Positions 29,695 through 41,300 of a stretch of 64,000 bases of DNA are shown piece after piece. The position numbers were made by a program, and so were the translations under genes. The first letter of the stretch is position 1, and the number at the start of each line of letters is the position of its first letter. The notes beneath the pieces were generated by a model, which saw nothing but the letters and a program-made list of their open reading frames with translations, had not been told where the DNA came from and did not search any database. This DNA comes from an uncultured Desulfuromonadales bacterium (lineage in GTDB: Bacteria; Desulfobacterota; Desulfuromonadia; Geobacterales; CAIOGM01): positions 3,770 through 67,769 of the forward strand of contig CAIYUY010000211.1 in NCBI GenBank assembly GCA_903929485.1, in the 5' to 3' direction.

Positions 29695-32600
29695 ATGTCC
29701 CAGAGTATCCACCAGGCTCTCCAAGACCGCATCCTTGTCATCGACGGCGCCATGGGAACCCAACTCCAGGAGCGCCACCTCACCGCCGCCGACTTCGGCG
29801 GGCCGGAATACGAGGGGTGCAACGAGCAGCTGGTGCTGACTCGCCCCGATGTCATCGCGGACGTCCATCGCGCCTACCTGGAGGCCGGGGCCGACATCAT
29901 CGAGACCGACAGCTTCGGCGCCACCGACATTGTCCTGGCCGAATACGGCTTGGCGGATCAGGTCTTTGAGATCAACCGCCTCTCCGCGGAGATCGCCCGC
30001 GCCGCCTGCGACGCCTTGGCGACTCCGCAAAAACCCCGCTGGGTGGCCGGCTCCATGGGGCCGACGACCCGGACCATCTCGGTCACCGGCGGCGTCACCT
30101 TTGCTCAGCTCGTCACCGCCTTTCATGGCCAGACCCTGGGTCTCCTGGCCGGGGGGGTGGATCTCCTTCTCCTGGAGACGGCCCAGGACACCCTTAATCT
30201 CAAGGCCGCCGCGGAAGGAATCCGGCGGGCTTTCAGGGAGTGCGGCAAGAGCGTTCCGCTCATGATCTCCGGGACCATCGAGGCCACCGGAACCATGCTG
30301 GCCGGTCAGGGGGTAGAAGCCCTCTACGCCAGTGTCTGCCACCTGGAGGACTCCCTGGGACTCATGAGTATCGGCCTCAACTGCGCCACCGGTCCGGAGT
30401 TCATGACCGACCACCTCCGCTCCCTCTCCCAGCTGGCCACCTGCGGCGTCTCTGTTTACCCCAATGCCGGACTCCCCGACGAGAACGGCAACTATGCCGA
30501 AACTCCCGACTCCCTGGCCAAGAAACTGCTCCGTTTCGTGGACGAGGGGTGGCTCAACATCGTGGGGGGATGCTGCGGCACGACTCCCGCTCATATTGCG
30601 GCCATCGCCCGGATGGTGGCGGGGAAGCGGCCACGCCGGCCGGCGGCATCACGACGCAAGGTTATCTCGGGGATCGAGCCGCTCTTCATCGAGGATGATG
30701 CCCGCCCGGTGCTGGTGGGAGAGCGGACGAACGTCATCGGTTCCCGCAAGTTCAAGAATCTCATCATCGCCGGTAAATTCGAGGAGGGGAGCGAGATCGC
30801 CCGGACCCAGGTCAAAGGGGGGGCACAGGTCATCGACGTCTGCGTGGCCAACCCGGACCGGGAGGAAAGCGACGACATGATGCGGCTCCTGGATTTCCTC
30901 CCCCGCAAAGTCCGCGCCCCGCTCATGATCGACAGCACCGATAAAGCGGTCATGGAGTTGGCTTTCCAACGGCTCCAGGGAAAGAGCGTCCTCAACTCCA
31001 TCAACCTGGAAGATGGAGAAGAACGGTTCGCCCAAGCCGCCGACCTCCTCCTCCGCTACGGCGGCGCCGTTGTCGTGGGATGCATCGACGAAGACCGTGA
31101 GCATGGCATGGCGGTTACCCGGGAACGGAAGCTGGCCGTGGCCCGTCGCTCCTACGATCTTCTGGTGAACAAATACGGCATTCGCCCGGAGGAGCTGATC
31201 TTCGATCCACTGGTCTTCCCCGCGGGGAGCGGCGACGACAACTACAACGGCTCCGGCCTGGAGACCATCGAAGGGGTGCGACTCATCACCCGGGAGTTCC
31301 CCCGCTGCAGCACGATCCTGGGGATATCCAATGTCTCCTTCGGCCTTCCCCCGGCGGGAAGGGAGATCCTCAACTCGGTCTTTCTGCACCACTGCGTCAA
31401 GGCCGGCCTCACCTACGCCATCGTCAACACCGAGAAATTGGAACGGTACGCGGGTATCCACGAGGAGGAGCTTCGTCTTGCCGAAGATCTCATTTTCTGG
31501 CGGGGGAGCGATCCCATCGCCCACTTTGCCGCGGCTTTCCGGGATCGGGCGCCAATTTCCCACATCCCCCCCGCTGACCTCCCCCTGGACCAGCGACTCC
31601 CCCGCTACATCATCGAAGGGATCAAGGATGGGCTCACCGCCGATCTGGACGAAACCCTGGCACGGGGAGATCGCCCCCTGGAGATCATCAACGGCCCCCT
31701 CATGGCGGGAATGGCGGAGGTGGGGCGACTCTTCAACGACAACCAGCTCATCGTGGCCGAGGTGCTCCAGTCGGCGGAGGCGATGAAGGCGGCGGTGGCC
31801 TATCTCCAGCCGTTTCTGGAAAAATCGGAGAGCACCACCAAGGGGAAGATGCTTCTGGCCACGGTGAAGGGGGATGTTCACGACATCGGCAAGAACCTGG
31901 TGGAGATCATACTCAGCAACAACGGCTACGAAGTGGTAAATTTGGGGATCAAGGTGCCGCCGGAAGAGCTTATTGCAGCTGCCCGGCGGGAGAACCCCGA
32001 CTTCATCGGTCTCTCGGGGCTTCTGGTAAAAAGCGCTCAGCAGATGGCGATCACGGCAGGAGACTTGAAGGCTGCCGGTATTCACGTACCGCTGATGGTG
32101 GGTGGGGCGGCCCTGTCAAAAAAATTCGCCGACACCCGCATCGCCCCGCTCTACGGCGGCCCGGTTCTTTACGCCAAGGAGGCCATGTCCGGCCTGGAGC
32201 TGGCCAACCGGCTCTCCGACCCGCTCCTCCGTTCGGAGCTCCTCCGGCAGACCGCGGAGCAGCAACAGACGGCCCAACAGATGCCGCTCCGTCCGGCGCC
32301 GCTCCCCGACCCGTCGGCGCCCGGCCGGTCGGCGGTGAGATGCGACCTCCCCCTCCCCGTCACCCCGGAGTTCACGCCGCATATCATGCGGGATATCCCT
32401 TTGGCTCATGTGACCCCCTACCTCAACCGGCAGATGCTTTACAGCAAGCATCTGGGGCTCATGGGTGTGGTGGATAAGCTGTTGGCCGCGGGAGACGACA
32501 AGGCGGTAAAGGTCCACCAAGCGGTGGAGGCGCTCCTGGCCCAGGCGAGGGAGGAGCTCCTCATCAAGCCCCAGGCGCTCTACCGCTTCTTCCCCGCTGC

Positions 32601-33147
32601 CGGTGACGGCGACGACCTGATCCTCTTCGACCCGGAAGGCTCCGGCGCCGAAGTCGTCCGCTTCACCTTCCCCCGTCAGGCAGGGGGAGAGCGGCTCTCT
32701 CTCCCCGATTTCGCCCGCCCCTTGGCATCGGGGGAGAAAGACAGCGTGGCCCTCTTCGTGGTCACCTGCGGCCAGGGGGTACGGGAGAAGGCGGAACAGC
32801 TGAAAGATGCGGGGGAGTACCTGAACTCCCACATCCTCCAGGCCCTGGCCCTGGAAATGGCCGAAGCCACCGCCGAGTTCATCCACAAGCGAATCCGCGA
32901 TGCCTGGGGGATCACCGACCCGGCGGATCTCACCATGAAGCAGCTCTATAATGCGGAGTACCACGGGATCAGGGTCTCCTTCGGCTATCCCGCCTGCCCG
33001 GAGATCAGCGATCAGGCGAAACTCTTCACCCTGCTGCAGCCGGAGCAGATCGGAGTTCAGCTCACCGAAGGGTATATGATGGACCCCGAGGCCAGTGTCT
33101 CGGCCCTGGTTTTCCATCATCAGGAAGGAAAATATTTCGCGGTATAA
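29695..33147 (+). CDS. metH: Cobalamin-dependent methionine synthase
   Basis: 1150 aa. It has an Hcy-binding N-terminus, a pterin-binding region, the B12 motif GDVHDIGKNLV, and a C-terminal reactivation domain (GIRVSFGYPACP...EASVSALVFHH). Confidence 0.95.
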   Translation: MSQSIHQALQDRILVIDGAMGTQLQERHLTAADFGGPEYEGCNEQLVLTRPDVIADVHRAYLEAGADIIETDSFGATDIVLAEYGLADQVFEINRLSAEIARAACDALATPQKPRWVAGSMGPTTRTISVTGGVTFAQLVTAFHGQTLGLLAGGVDLLLLETAQDTLNLKAAAEGIRRAFRECGKSVPLMISGTIEATGTMLAGQGVEALYASVCHLEDSLGLMSIGLNCATGPEFMTDHLRSLSQLATCGVSVYPNAGLPDENGNYAETPDSLAKKLLRFVDEGWLNIVGGCCGTTPAHIAAIARMVAGKRPRRPAASRRKVISGIEPLFIEDDARPVLVGERTNVIGSRKFKNLIIAGKFEEGSEIARTQVKGGAQVIDVCVANPDREESDDMMRLLDFLPRKVRAPLMIDSTDKAVMELAFQRLQGKSVLNSINLEDGEERFAQAADLLLRYGGAVVVGCIDEDREHGMAVTRERKLAVARRSYDLLVNKYGIRPEELIFDPLVFPAGSGDDNYNGSGLETIEGVRLITREFPRCSTILGISNVSFGLPPAGREILNSVFLHHCVKAGLTYAIVNTEKLERYAGIHEEELRLAEDLIFWRGSDPIAHFAAAFRDRAPISHIPPADLPLDQRLPRYIIEGIKDGLTADLDETLARGDRPLEIINGPLMAGMAEVGRLFNDNQLIVAEVLQSAEAMKAAVAYLQPFLEKSESTTKGKMLLATVKGDVHDIGKNLVEIILSNNGYEVVNLGIKVPPEELIAAARRENPDFIGLSGLLVKSAQQMAITAGDLKAAGIHVPLMVGGAALSKKFADTRIAPLYGGPVLYAKEAMSGLELANRLSDPLLRSELLRQTAEQQQTAQQMPLRPAPLPDPSAPGRSAVRCDLPLPVTPEFTPHIMRDIPLAHVTPYLNRQMLYSKHLGLMGVVDKLLAAGDDKAVKVHQAVEALLAQAREELLIKPQALYRFFPAAGDGDDLILFDPEGSGAEVVRFTFPRQAGGERLSLPDFARPLASGEKDSVALFVVTCGQGVREKAEQLKDAGEYLNSHILQALALEMAEATAEFIHKRIRDAWGITDPADLTMKQLYNAEYHGIRVSFGYPACPEISDQAKLFTLLQPEQIGVQLTEGYMMDPEASVSALVFHHQEGKYFAV

Positions 33148-33157
33148 CGGTATGTTG

Positions 33158-34597
33158 TCAGAGATACGGTGAGAACAATTTTGCCCCGCTGTCCCGGAGT
33201 TTTTCCGGAAGCGACCGTCCCGACAGTTCTCCGGGAAGGACCCGTCGAGACATGGTCAGCGCCTCCAGGAAATGAGCTTCCAGTTCCCCGCAAAAATCGG
33301 GATCGTAAAGTTCAAGATTCAGTTCGAAATTGAGACGCAGGCTGCGGGGGTCCAGATTGGCGGAACCGATGAGTCCCCAGACACCGTCCACAAGAAACAG
33401 CTTGGTATGGACGAAGGGGGGAGGATGGTAATAAATTTTGATGCCAAACCGGAGCAGTTCAGGAAGAAACGCCCGATTGGCCCAGTGGACAAAGAGGAGA
33501 TTGTTTTGTCGGGGCAGGATGATGGTGACATCAACCCCCCGCAGGGCGGCGGTGGCCAGGGCGGAAATCAGTGATCTCCCCGGAATAAGATAGGGGGTCA
33601 TGATTTGAACCCGCTCCCTGGCACAGGAAAGCGCCCCGATGATGATCCACTGTAGCTTCCGGTACTCCCGGTCGGGGCCATCGGCTATCCCCCTGACAGT
33701 AGAGTTCCCCATCGGCAGAAGCTCCGGGAAGCAGGCGGGATCGTCAAGAAACTCCCCGGTGGTAAAATACCAATCCTCAAGAAAGCTCTTCTGCAGGTCG
33801 GCCACCACCGGACCCGTCACGCTAAAATGAAGATCCACCACCGGTCGGGAAGCAGACTTAACCAGGTGCCGGTCGCTGATATTCATCCCCCCCGTAAAAG
33901 CCATCCGCCCGTCGATGATCAATAGTTTCCGGTGGTTGCGCAGATTAACGTAGATCCCCCTCACCAACGGCAGAAATCGCCCCACCCGGACCCCGGACCC
34001 CTTGAAAAGTCGCATGCCGCTGGGGAAGGAGTAGAGTTCACCCAGGCTGTCGATGAGCAATCGCACGGCAACGCCACGCCCCGCAGCCTCCCGGAGCTGC
34101 GCCGCAAACGCTTCCCCGGTCCGGTCATTGTCAAAGATATAACTGCTCAAGTGTACCGATTCCCGGGCGCCGGCGATGGCGGCCAGCATGGCGGGATAGG
34201 CCTCTTCGCCGTTTCGCAGAAGGGAGATACGGTTCCCCCCCAGAAGAAGCCCATGAGCCACCCGATCGGAGAGATTCCTCAGGGTCTCCAGGTGCCTCGC
34301 TTGGAGTGGCAGTTCCTTTGCTGCAAAAATCCCCGTGCGGTGGGCAATCTCGCCGTTCCCCAGTCGGCGACCGCTTTGGCGCCACTTGAGGGTCCGCCGG
34401 TGTATCCGGTTGGCCCCCAGGCTCCAGTAAAAAACCGCTCCCACCAAGGGAAGAGTCAGGCAGATGACCACCCAGACCAACGCCGACCGGGGGTCGCTCT
34501 TTCTCAGCAGGGCATGCCCCGCCGACCCCACCGCCACGATCAGGAGAGTAAGGACGATCATGATATGAAGGGTGTCGAACAGATGGTCCATGATCAT
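33158..34597 (-). CDS. cls: Cardiolipin synthase (PLD superfamily)
   Basis: 479 aa with N-terminal TM helices and two HKD motifs (NHRKLLIIDG...GGMNI and VHTKLFLVDG...GSANLD). It shares an ATGA overlap with the upstream PPTase gene. Confidence 0.88.
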   Translation of the reverse strand: MIMDHLFDTLHIMIVLTLLIVAVGSAGHALLRKSDPRSALVWVVICLTLPLVGAVFYWSLGANRIHRRTLKWRQSGRRLGNGEIAHRTGIFAAKELPLQARHLETLRNLSDRVAHGLLLGGNRISLLRNGEEAYPAMLAAIAGARESVHLSSYIFDNDRTGEAFAAQLREAAGRGVAVRLLIDSLGELYSFPSGMRLFKGSGVRVGRFLPLVRGIYVNLRNHRKLLIIDGRMAFTGGMNISDRHLVKSASRPVVDLHFSVTGPVVADLQKSFLEDWYFTTGEFLDDPACFPELLPMGNSTVRGIADGPDREYRKLQWIIIGALSCARERVQIMTPYLIPGRSLISALATAALRGVDVTIILPRQNNLLFVHWANRAFLPELLRFGIKIYYHPPPFVHTKLFLVDGVWGLIGSANLDPRSLRLNFELNLELYDPDFCGELEAHFLEALTMSRRVLPGELSGRSLPEKLRDSGAKLFSPYL

Positions 34598-35307
34598 ATC
34601 ACAGCGGCGCTCCCCGCGTAATTCGGGGGGAGCAGCAGATCATGGGAACCTGCCGAAACCGTCCCCGGTGGCTCCGGCCGACAAGCAGCATGAGAGTCTG
34701 TGGCAAAACCGGTCCCCCGCGCCTTAAGGGCGGCCTCCAAACGGCACCACTGCCGATAGAAAGCAGGGAGTTGCTCGGCCTGGGTCAGAGCAGCGATCCC
34801 ATCGCTTATCATCCGAGGAAAAAATTGTCGGGCGATGGGTTGCCACTCCATATCCGCTCCATACATTTCCAAATCAACCCCCACGGGACGGCGGGGGTGA
34901 AATCCCAACAGTATCAAGTCACCGGAATGGGCCACATTGAACTGTAGCGAAGAGGCCGTACAGGTCGGGTCGAGAAAGGGCTTGCCGTGAGGAGTCTGAA
35001 CGAACCTTACGGCGGCGGGAACAACCCCCAGGGGACGGGCCAGCAACAGCCGGAGCACCCCACGCCCCAGGAGGAGACAATCCCGATCCTCCTGCCGGCG
35101 CAGTCGGTAAAGCCTCCCTCTTTCTTCCGGCGACAACAGGGGAAGAAGGTCGCCGGCAATTTCAAGAGCCAGTTGTCGCTGAATCAACCAGATGGCGGGA
35201 GGAGCCTGTGGAGAGTAGTCCAGCCATCCGTCACCACCCCAGGGAAGATCAGGATGCCAGGGTCGGGGGGTCAGACAAGAATTCAGATTGCAGCACACCG
35301 TCTTCAT
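34594..35307 (-). CDS. 4'-phosphopantetheinyl transferase, Sfp type
   Basis: 237 aa with FNVAHSGDLILLGF...VGVDLE and WCRLEAALKARG. It shares an ATGA overlap with the NRPS stop codon. Confidence 0.85.
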   Translation of the reverse strand: MKTVCCNLNSCLTPRPWHPDLPWGGDGWLDYSPQAPPAIWLIQRQLALEIAGDLLPLLSPEERGRLYRLRRQEDRDCLLLGRGVLRLLLARPLGVVPAAVRFVQTPHGKPFLDPTCTASSLQFNVAHSGDLILLGFHPRRPVGVDLEMYGADMEWQPIARQFFPRMISDGIAALTQAEQLPAFYRQWCRLEAALKARGTGFATDSHAACRPEPPGTVSAGSHDLLLPPNYAGSAAVI

Positions 35308-38300
35308 TCTCCCGTCCCTGGATTTTCGTTTTCATGAAGAAGTTGCCGCAAAAAGGCCGCGAGAGGCTCCGCGCCATGGGATCTGTAATAATCATGATGG
35401 TTATCGAAAAGCCGATGAACTTTCACCCCGCGGCGGGCGTAGTAATACCAGAAGAGAAACATACGGCTCTTGGTCTTTGTGGTGGTAACAAGATTAAGTT
35501 CAAGATCAAGTCGAGGCGGCCTATAAAATGTGACAATAGTAGAGGTATGATCCATGACATGGGGCGAATCCTGGTGTGCAAATCTGGCATTGTTGATTGT
35601 TTCGATTTCCGGTGATTTCTTTGGTTTTCTCAAAAGAATCTTTGCATAGAAGAGCTGCGAAACCAAGCGCTTCTTCAGATAGGTAATTCTGCCCCCCTCG
35701 GGACGATGACGAAGTTTGTCTACATGATAAGAAACACGGCCCATCAAATAACTCCCCAATTCCAGCCACTCGTTGAAGTTGAGCCATTTGTGAATATTGG
35801 CGTTTGCATGGGTATCCAGTAGCGTCAGGAGTCCGATAGCGCCCCCCTGACGGAGAAGATGATCGGCAACGGCGTAAGCAAGCCACCCCCCGACGGAACA
35901 GCCGACGAGATGATAAGGGCCGGTAGGCTGCAAGGAGCGAATCTGAGCGGCATAATGCTCTGCCATGGCATCAATGGACGTGTGACGTGGTGTCTTGCCA
36001 TCCAGTCCGACAGCCTGAAAACCATAAACGGGTCGCTCCGGCGCAAGATTCTGCGCCATGTGAACAGACCAGTAGGCATCACCTCCCCACCCATGGAGAA
36101 CGAAAAGGGGCGTTTTTTCTCCTTTCGGTTGAAGCGGCACGAGGGAACTCCAGGCAGGAGTTTCCTCATCATTACGAAGCAGCACAGCCAGAGTGGCGAC
36201 GGTCTGGGCATGAAAGAAAGAGGCAATGGGTACCTTATGCCCCACAAGATGATCTATTTCAGAGGCGAGACGAGCGGCAATGAGGGAATGACCTCCCATT
36301 GAAAAGAAATTGGCGTGGATACCGAAGTCGGATTGTCCCAGTGCCTTATGCCAGAGTTGAAGCAACTGCTGCTCCAGGAGATTCCGAGGCGTTGCATGAA
36401 GATCTCCGGCCGAATTGTCGCTATCGGTAAAAGCCTCCGGTTCCGGTAGCCCCTTACGGTCTATTTTGCCGTTGGGTGTGAGCGGCAGAGCTTCCGGAAA
36501 GACAAAAGCCGCGGGAAGCATGTAGTCGGGAAGCGTCACCTTCAGGAAGGCGCGCAGCTCACCGGGAGCGGGCCGATCTGCTGCGGGAACCACATAGGCG
36601 ACAAGACGCTTCTCTCCGTCGGCATCGCTTCCGGCACTGACCAGAGCCTCCCGAACCCCCGGATGAGCCGCCAGCGCTGCTTCGATCTCCCCCAGCTCGA
36701 TGCGAAAGCCCCTGATCTTCACCTGATGATCCATCCGGCCAAGAAACTCAATGTTCCCGTCTGACCGATACCGGGCCAGATCCCCGCTTTTATAGAGCCG
36801 GGCGCCGGGAACGTCACTGAAGGGATCGGAAATGAATTTTTCCGCGGTAAGTTCCGGCCGGTTCAGATAACCCCTGGCTAGTCCGGCGCCGCCGATATGC
36901 AGCTCTCCGGGAACGCCCATGGGGGTCGATTCAAGATGACTGTCGAGGATGTAGAGCTGTGTATTCGCTACGGGACGACCGATAGTGACAACAGCATGAT
37001 CCGTATCTTGCTCAGTTACCAGGTAACAACTCGACCAGATGGTCGTTTCGGTAGGACCGTAGAGATTCCAGAGCGATGCCCCTCGAAAAAGCATCTTTCG
37101 TGCCAGGAATCCGGACAAAGCCTCCCCACCCACCAACATTTTCAAATTTGATTTCCCGGACCACCCGGCATCAATAAGCATCAGCCAAGTGGCCGGTGTT
37201 GCCTGAAATACAGTGATATCATATTTATCCAGTAGCGTGATCAGAGCCACCGGATCCACAGCATCAAAACTCCGAGTCACCACAATACGTCCGCCGCAGA
37301 TCAAGGGGAGATAGATCTCCAGACCAAAAATATCAAAGCTGACGGTGGTCACGGCCAGAAGCGAATCCTTCCTGTTGAAGCCTGGATTCCGTTGCATTGT
37401 CTGGAGAAAATTGAAAAGTCCGCCATGTCCTACCGCCACCCCCTTAGGTTTTCCGGTTGAACCGGAAGTATAAATGATGTAGGCAAGGTGCTCCGGAGCA
37501 ACCATCTGGTGAGGGTTCATCTCCGACTGACAAGCGATGTCCGTCCACTGGGTGTCCAGAGAAAGAGTATGTTCAACTTTCTGTGTCAGGCGATGGCGCA
37601 CCGTTTCCTGGGTAATCAGTATCCGGGCGCCAGAATCCTCCAGCATGAACGAAAGGCGCGTTGACGGATATCCCGGATCCAGCGGCACATAGGCCCCCCC
37701 CGCCTTGAGAACTGCCAAGAGCGCCACGATCATCTCCGGGGAGCGTTCCAGGGCAATGGCAACCGGAGCATCGGGAACGACCCCCAGCCGTATCAACGTG
37801 TGCGCCAGCTGATTGGCACGGGCATTGAGTTCTCGGTAGGTGAGCCTTTCATCCTGGAAGAGCACTGCTACTGCGTCCGGACTCTCTTCAACCTGCGCCT
37901 CGAAGAGTTGATGCACGCATTTTTCCGGTAATGGCGCCGCCGTGTTATTCCAGTCAACCAGGAGTCGCCGCCTCTCCTCTGAAGGGAGAATAGCAAGAAG
38001 AGAGACCTGTTGTTCAGGATTGGCGACAACCGAACGGAGCAGTTCCTGAAACTGCCCACCCAGCCGCTGGATTGTCTCTTCATCGAAAAGATCGAGAGCA
38101 TATTCCAGGGTAGCGGTCAGTCCCCCATGGAGTTCGGTGACGGATAGCGTCAGATCGAACTTCGCCGTCACCCCCTCGCTTTCGGCAAGGGTGACATCCA
38201 GTCCGGGGAGGAGCGGCGCCGCAGGATCGGCATTCTGGAGAATGAACATGATCTGGAAGAGCGGGGCATGGGCGAGGTTCCGCGTAACCCCCAGTGACTC

Positions 38301-41300
38301 CACCAGTATTTCGAAGGGAAGCTCCTGGTGCGCATAGGCATCCAGACAAGTATGCCGGAGACGGGCCAGAAGTTCCAGGAACGGGGGATTACCGCTCAGG
38401 TCGGCGCGCAAGGCCAGGGTGTTGACGAAGAAACCGATGAGCGGCTCCACCGCGCTCTGAGTCCGGTTCGCCACCGGGGAACCGATAACCAGATCCTCTT
38501 CACCGCTGTAGCGGGAAAGCAGGATGGCCCAAGCCGCCAGGAGCGTCATGAACAGGGTCGCTCCGGAGCGACGCCCCAAATCATGCAGTTCGGCGGTGAG
38601 GAGAGCATCCACGGCAAAGGCGACTGTTCCCCCCTGATGACTCTGCCGGGGCGGACGGGGTCGATCGGTGGGAAGATTGAGACAATCCGGTGCGCTGGCC
38701 AGGTGATTTAGCCAGTACTCCAGCCGGTACCGCAGACGTTCCCCGGTAAGCCAGCCACGCTGCCAGACGGCATAGTCGGCGTACTGAATCTCCAGTTCAG
38801 GAAGAGGTGACGGCTTACCTTCCCGGAAGGCGCCATAGAGGATGGCCAACTCCCGAAACAGAATGTCCATGGACCAACCGTCGGCGGCCACGTGCTGCAG
38901 GGTCAGGAGGAGCGTCCAGGCGGACTCCCCACGCCGCAGCAGACGGAGACGCAGCGGCTCATCCCGGGCAAGGTCGAAGGGGTCGGAGGCTTCCCGGCGA
39001 GCCAACTCACGGGCTTCCATCTCCGGATCGACACTTTCCCGCAGATCCACAATCGGCAGGGTTATGACGCTCGCCGGGGAGACAAGTTGTATCGGCTCAT
39101 CTCCCCGCAGCAGCAGACGGCTGCGCAACACTTCGTGACGACGGATGATTTCCGAGAAGGCGCGGTTCAGCGCCTCAAGATCCAGGGGTCCGGCCAGTTC
39201 CAGCACGAGGGGAATGTTGTAGGTGGAACTGGGCCCTTCCAACTGATGAAGAAACCAGAGCCGCTGCTGGGCAAAGGAGAGCGGCGGCTCCCGGTCCCGT
39301 GGGGCCGGGGAAATGAGCCGCGCAGCGGCTTCTTCCTGCCCATGAGCGTCGCCTTGTTGAATGATATGAATCCAATCAGCAAGTCCGGCCACGGTGGGGA
39401 ATTCAAAGAGCCGGCGCACCGGTATATCCATCTCCAACGCGTCACGCAACCGGGAGGTGAGCCGGGTAGCCAGCAGGGAGTGCCCCCCCAGTTCGAAAAA
39501 GTTGTCGTGAATACCGATACCCGGTTGATGCAGAAGGGTCGCCCAGAGGCCGACAAGAACCTCTTCCAGCGGGTTGCGGGGGGCGGTTCCGGTGGAGGCC
39601 GAGGTACAGGCGTCAGGTTCCGGCAGGGCCTTCCTGTCGATCTTGCCGTTGGGGGTAAGCGGCAGCGCCTTCAGGAAGACAAAAGCCGCGGGGAGCATGT
39701 AGTCGGGAAGCGTCATCTTCAGGAAGGTGCGCAGCTCTCCGGGAGCGGGCCGATCTGCAACGGGAACTACATAGGCGACAAGACGCTTCTCCCCGTCGGC
39801 ATCGCTTCCGGTAATGACCAGAACCTCCCGAACCCCCGGATGAGCCGCCAGCGCCGCTTCGATCTCCCCCAACTCGATGCGAAAGCCCCTGATCTTTACC
39901 TGATGATCCATCCGCCCCAGAAACTCGATGTTCCCGTCGGGACGATAGCGGACCAGGTCGCCGGTTTTGTAGAGACGGGCGCCGGGAGCGTCACTGAAGG
40001 GATCGGGAATGAATTTTTCCGCGGTGAGTTCCGGCCGGTTCAGATAACCCCGGGCGAGCCCGGCGCCGCCGATATGCAGCTCTCCGGGAACACCCAGAGG
40101 AACGGGACGAAGGGAGCCATCCAGGATGAAAAGCGTCGTGTTGCTGATCGGCTTACCTATGGGCACCTGTCCCTCAATGACGCTGGAACCGTTCATGAGG
40201 TGGCAGCAAGCAAACGTGGTGCTCTCGGTGGGACCATAGCCGTTGATGAAGCGGTGCCCGGGAGGAAGAATCTCGAGAAACTTCCGGACGTGGGGAGCGG
40301 AAAGAAAATCACCCCCGGCGAGTATCTGGCGGACGCCGGTCAGACTCTGGAGCTCATGGTCAACCATCAGGTGAAAGAGAGATGCGGTAAGCCAGAGGAT
40401 GGTGATGCCCCGGCTGCCGATGAATGCTCCCAACTCTTCCGGAGTCGGTATCCGGGGAGAAAAGACGACGAGACCGGCGCCGTTGAGCAACGCTCCCCAG
40501 ATCTCAAAGGTGGCGGCATCAAAAGAGATGGGCGCAAACTGGAGGAACAGGTCTGAAGGGGTGATTACGACATAATTGGTATTTTTCACGAGGCGTACGA
40601 CTGAACGATGTTGGATCAGACACCCCTTGGGTTTCCCGGTGGAACCGGAGGTATAGATGATGTACGCGAGGTTCTCCGGAGCCACGGGCTGGTTGGGGTT
40701 ACTCTCCGGTTGTCGGGCTATGGCGGCCGCTTCACTGTCCAGACAAAGAGTATGCTCCACGCTCCGCGGCAGGCGGAGAAAGAGCGATTCCCGGGTGATG
40801 AGGATTCGTGCCCCGGAATCTTCCAGCATGAAGGCCAGACGTTTTGTGGGATACTCCGGGTCCAGCGGGACATACGTGCCTCCGGACTTGAGGATCGCCA
40901 GGAGGGCGACAATCATCTCCGAGGAGCGCTCCAGTGCTATGGCCACCGGCGCATCCGGGCCGACTCCCCTTTCGATAAGGGCATGAGCCAGCTGATTGGC
41001 CCGGACGTTCAGTTCCGCATAGGTGAGGCTTTCATCCTGGTAGAGCACCGCTACCGCGTCCGGACTCTCCTCCACTTGTGCTTCAAAGAGTTGATGTACG
41101 CATTTTTCCGGCAGCGGCGCCGCCGTGTCATTCCAGTCAACAAGGAGGCGTTTCCTCTCCTGGGGAGGGAGAATATCAAGGAGGGAGACCTGTTGTTCGG
41201 GGTTGGCGACAACCGAACGGAGCAGCTTCCGGAACTGTCCCCCCAACCGCTCAATTGTCTCCTCATTAAAGAGATCCGTGGCGTATTCCAGCGTGGCGGC

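Noticed and set aside
29326-33120. Minus-strand ORFs of 422, 478 and 334 aa opposite metH.
   Set aside because: These are shadow ORFs of the strongly supported metH gene. I recognise no motifs, and the composition is Gly/Arg/Pro-rich.
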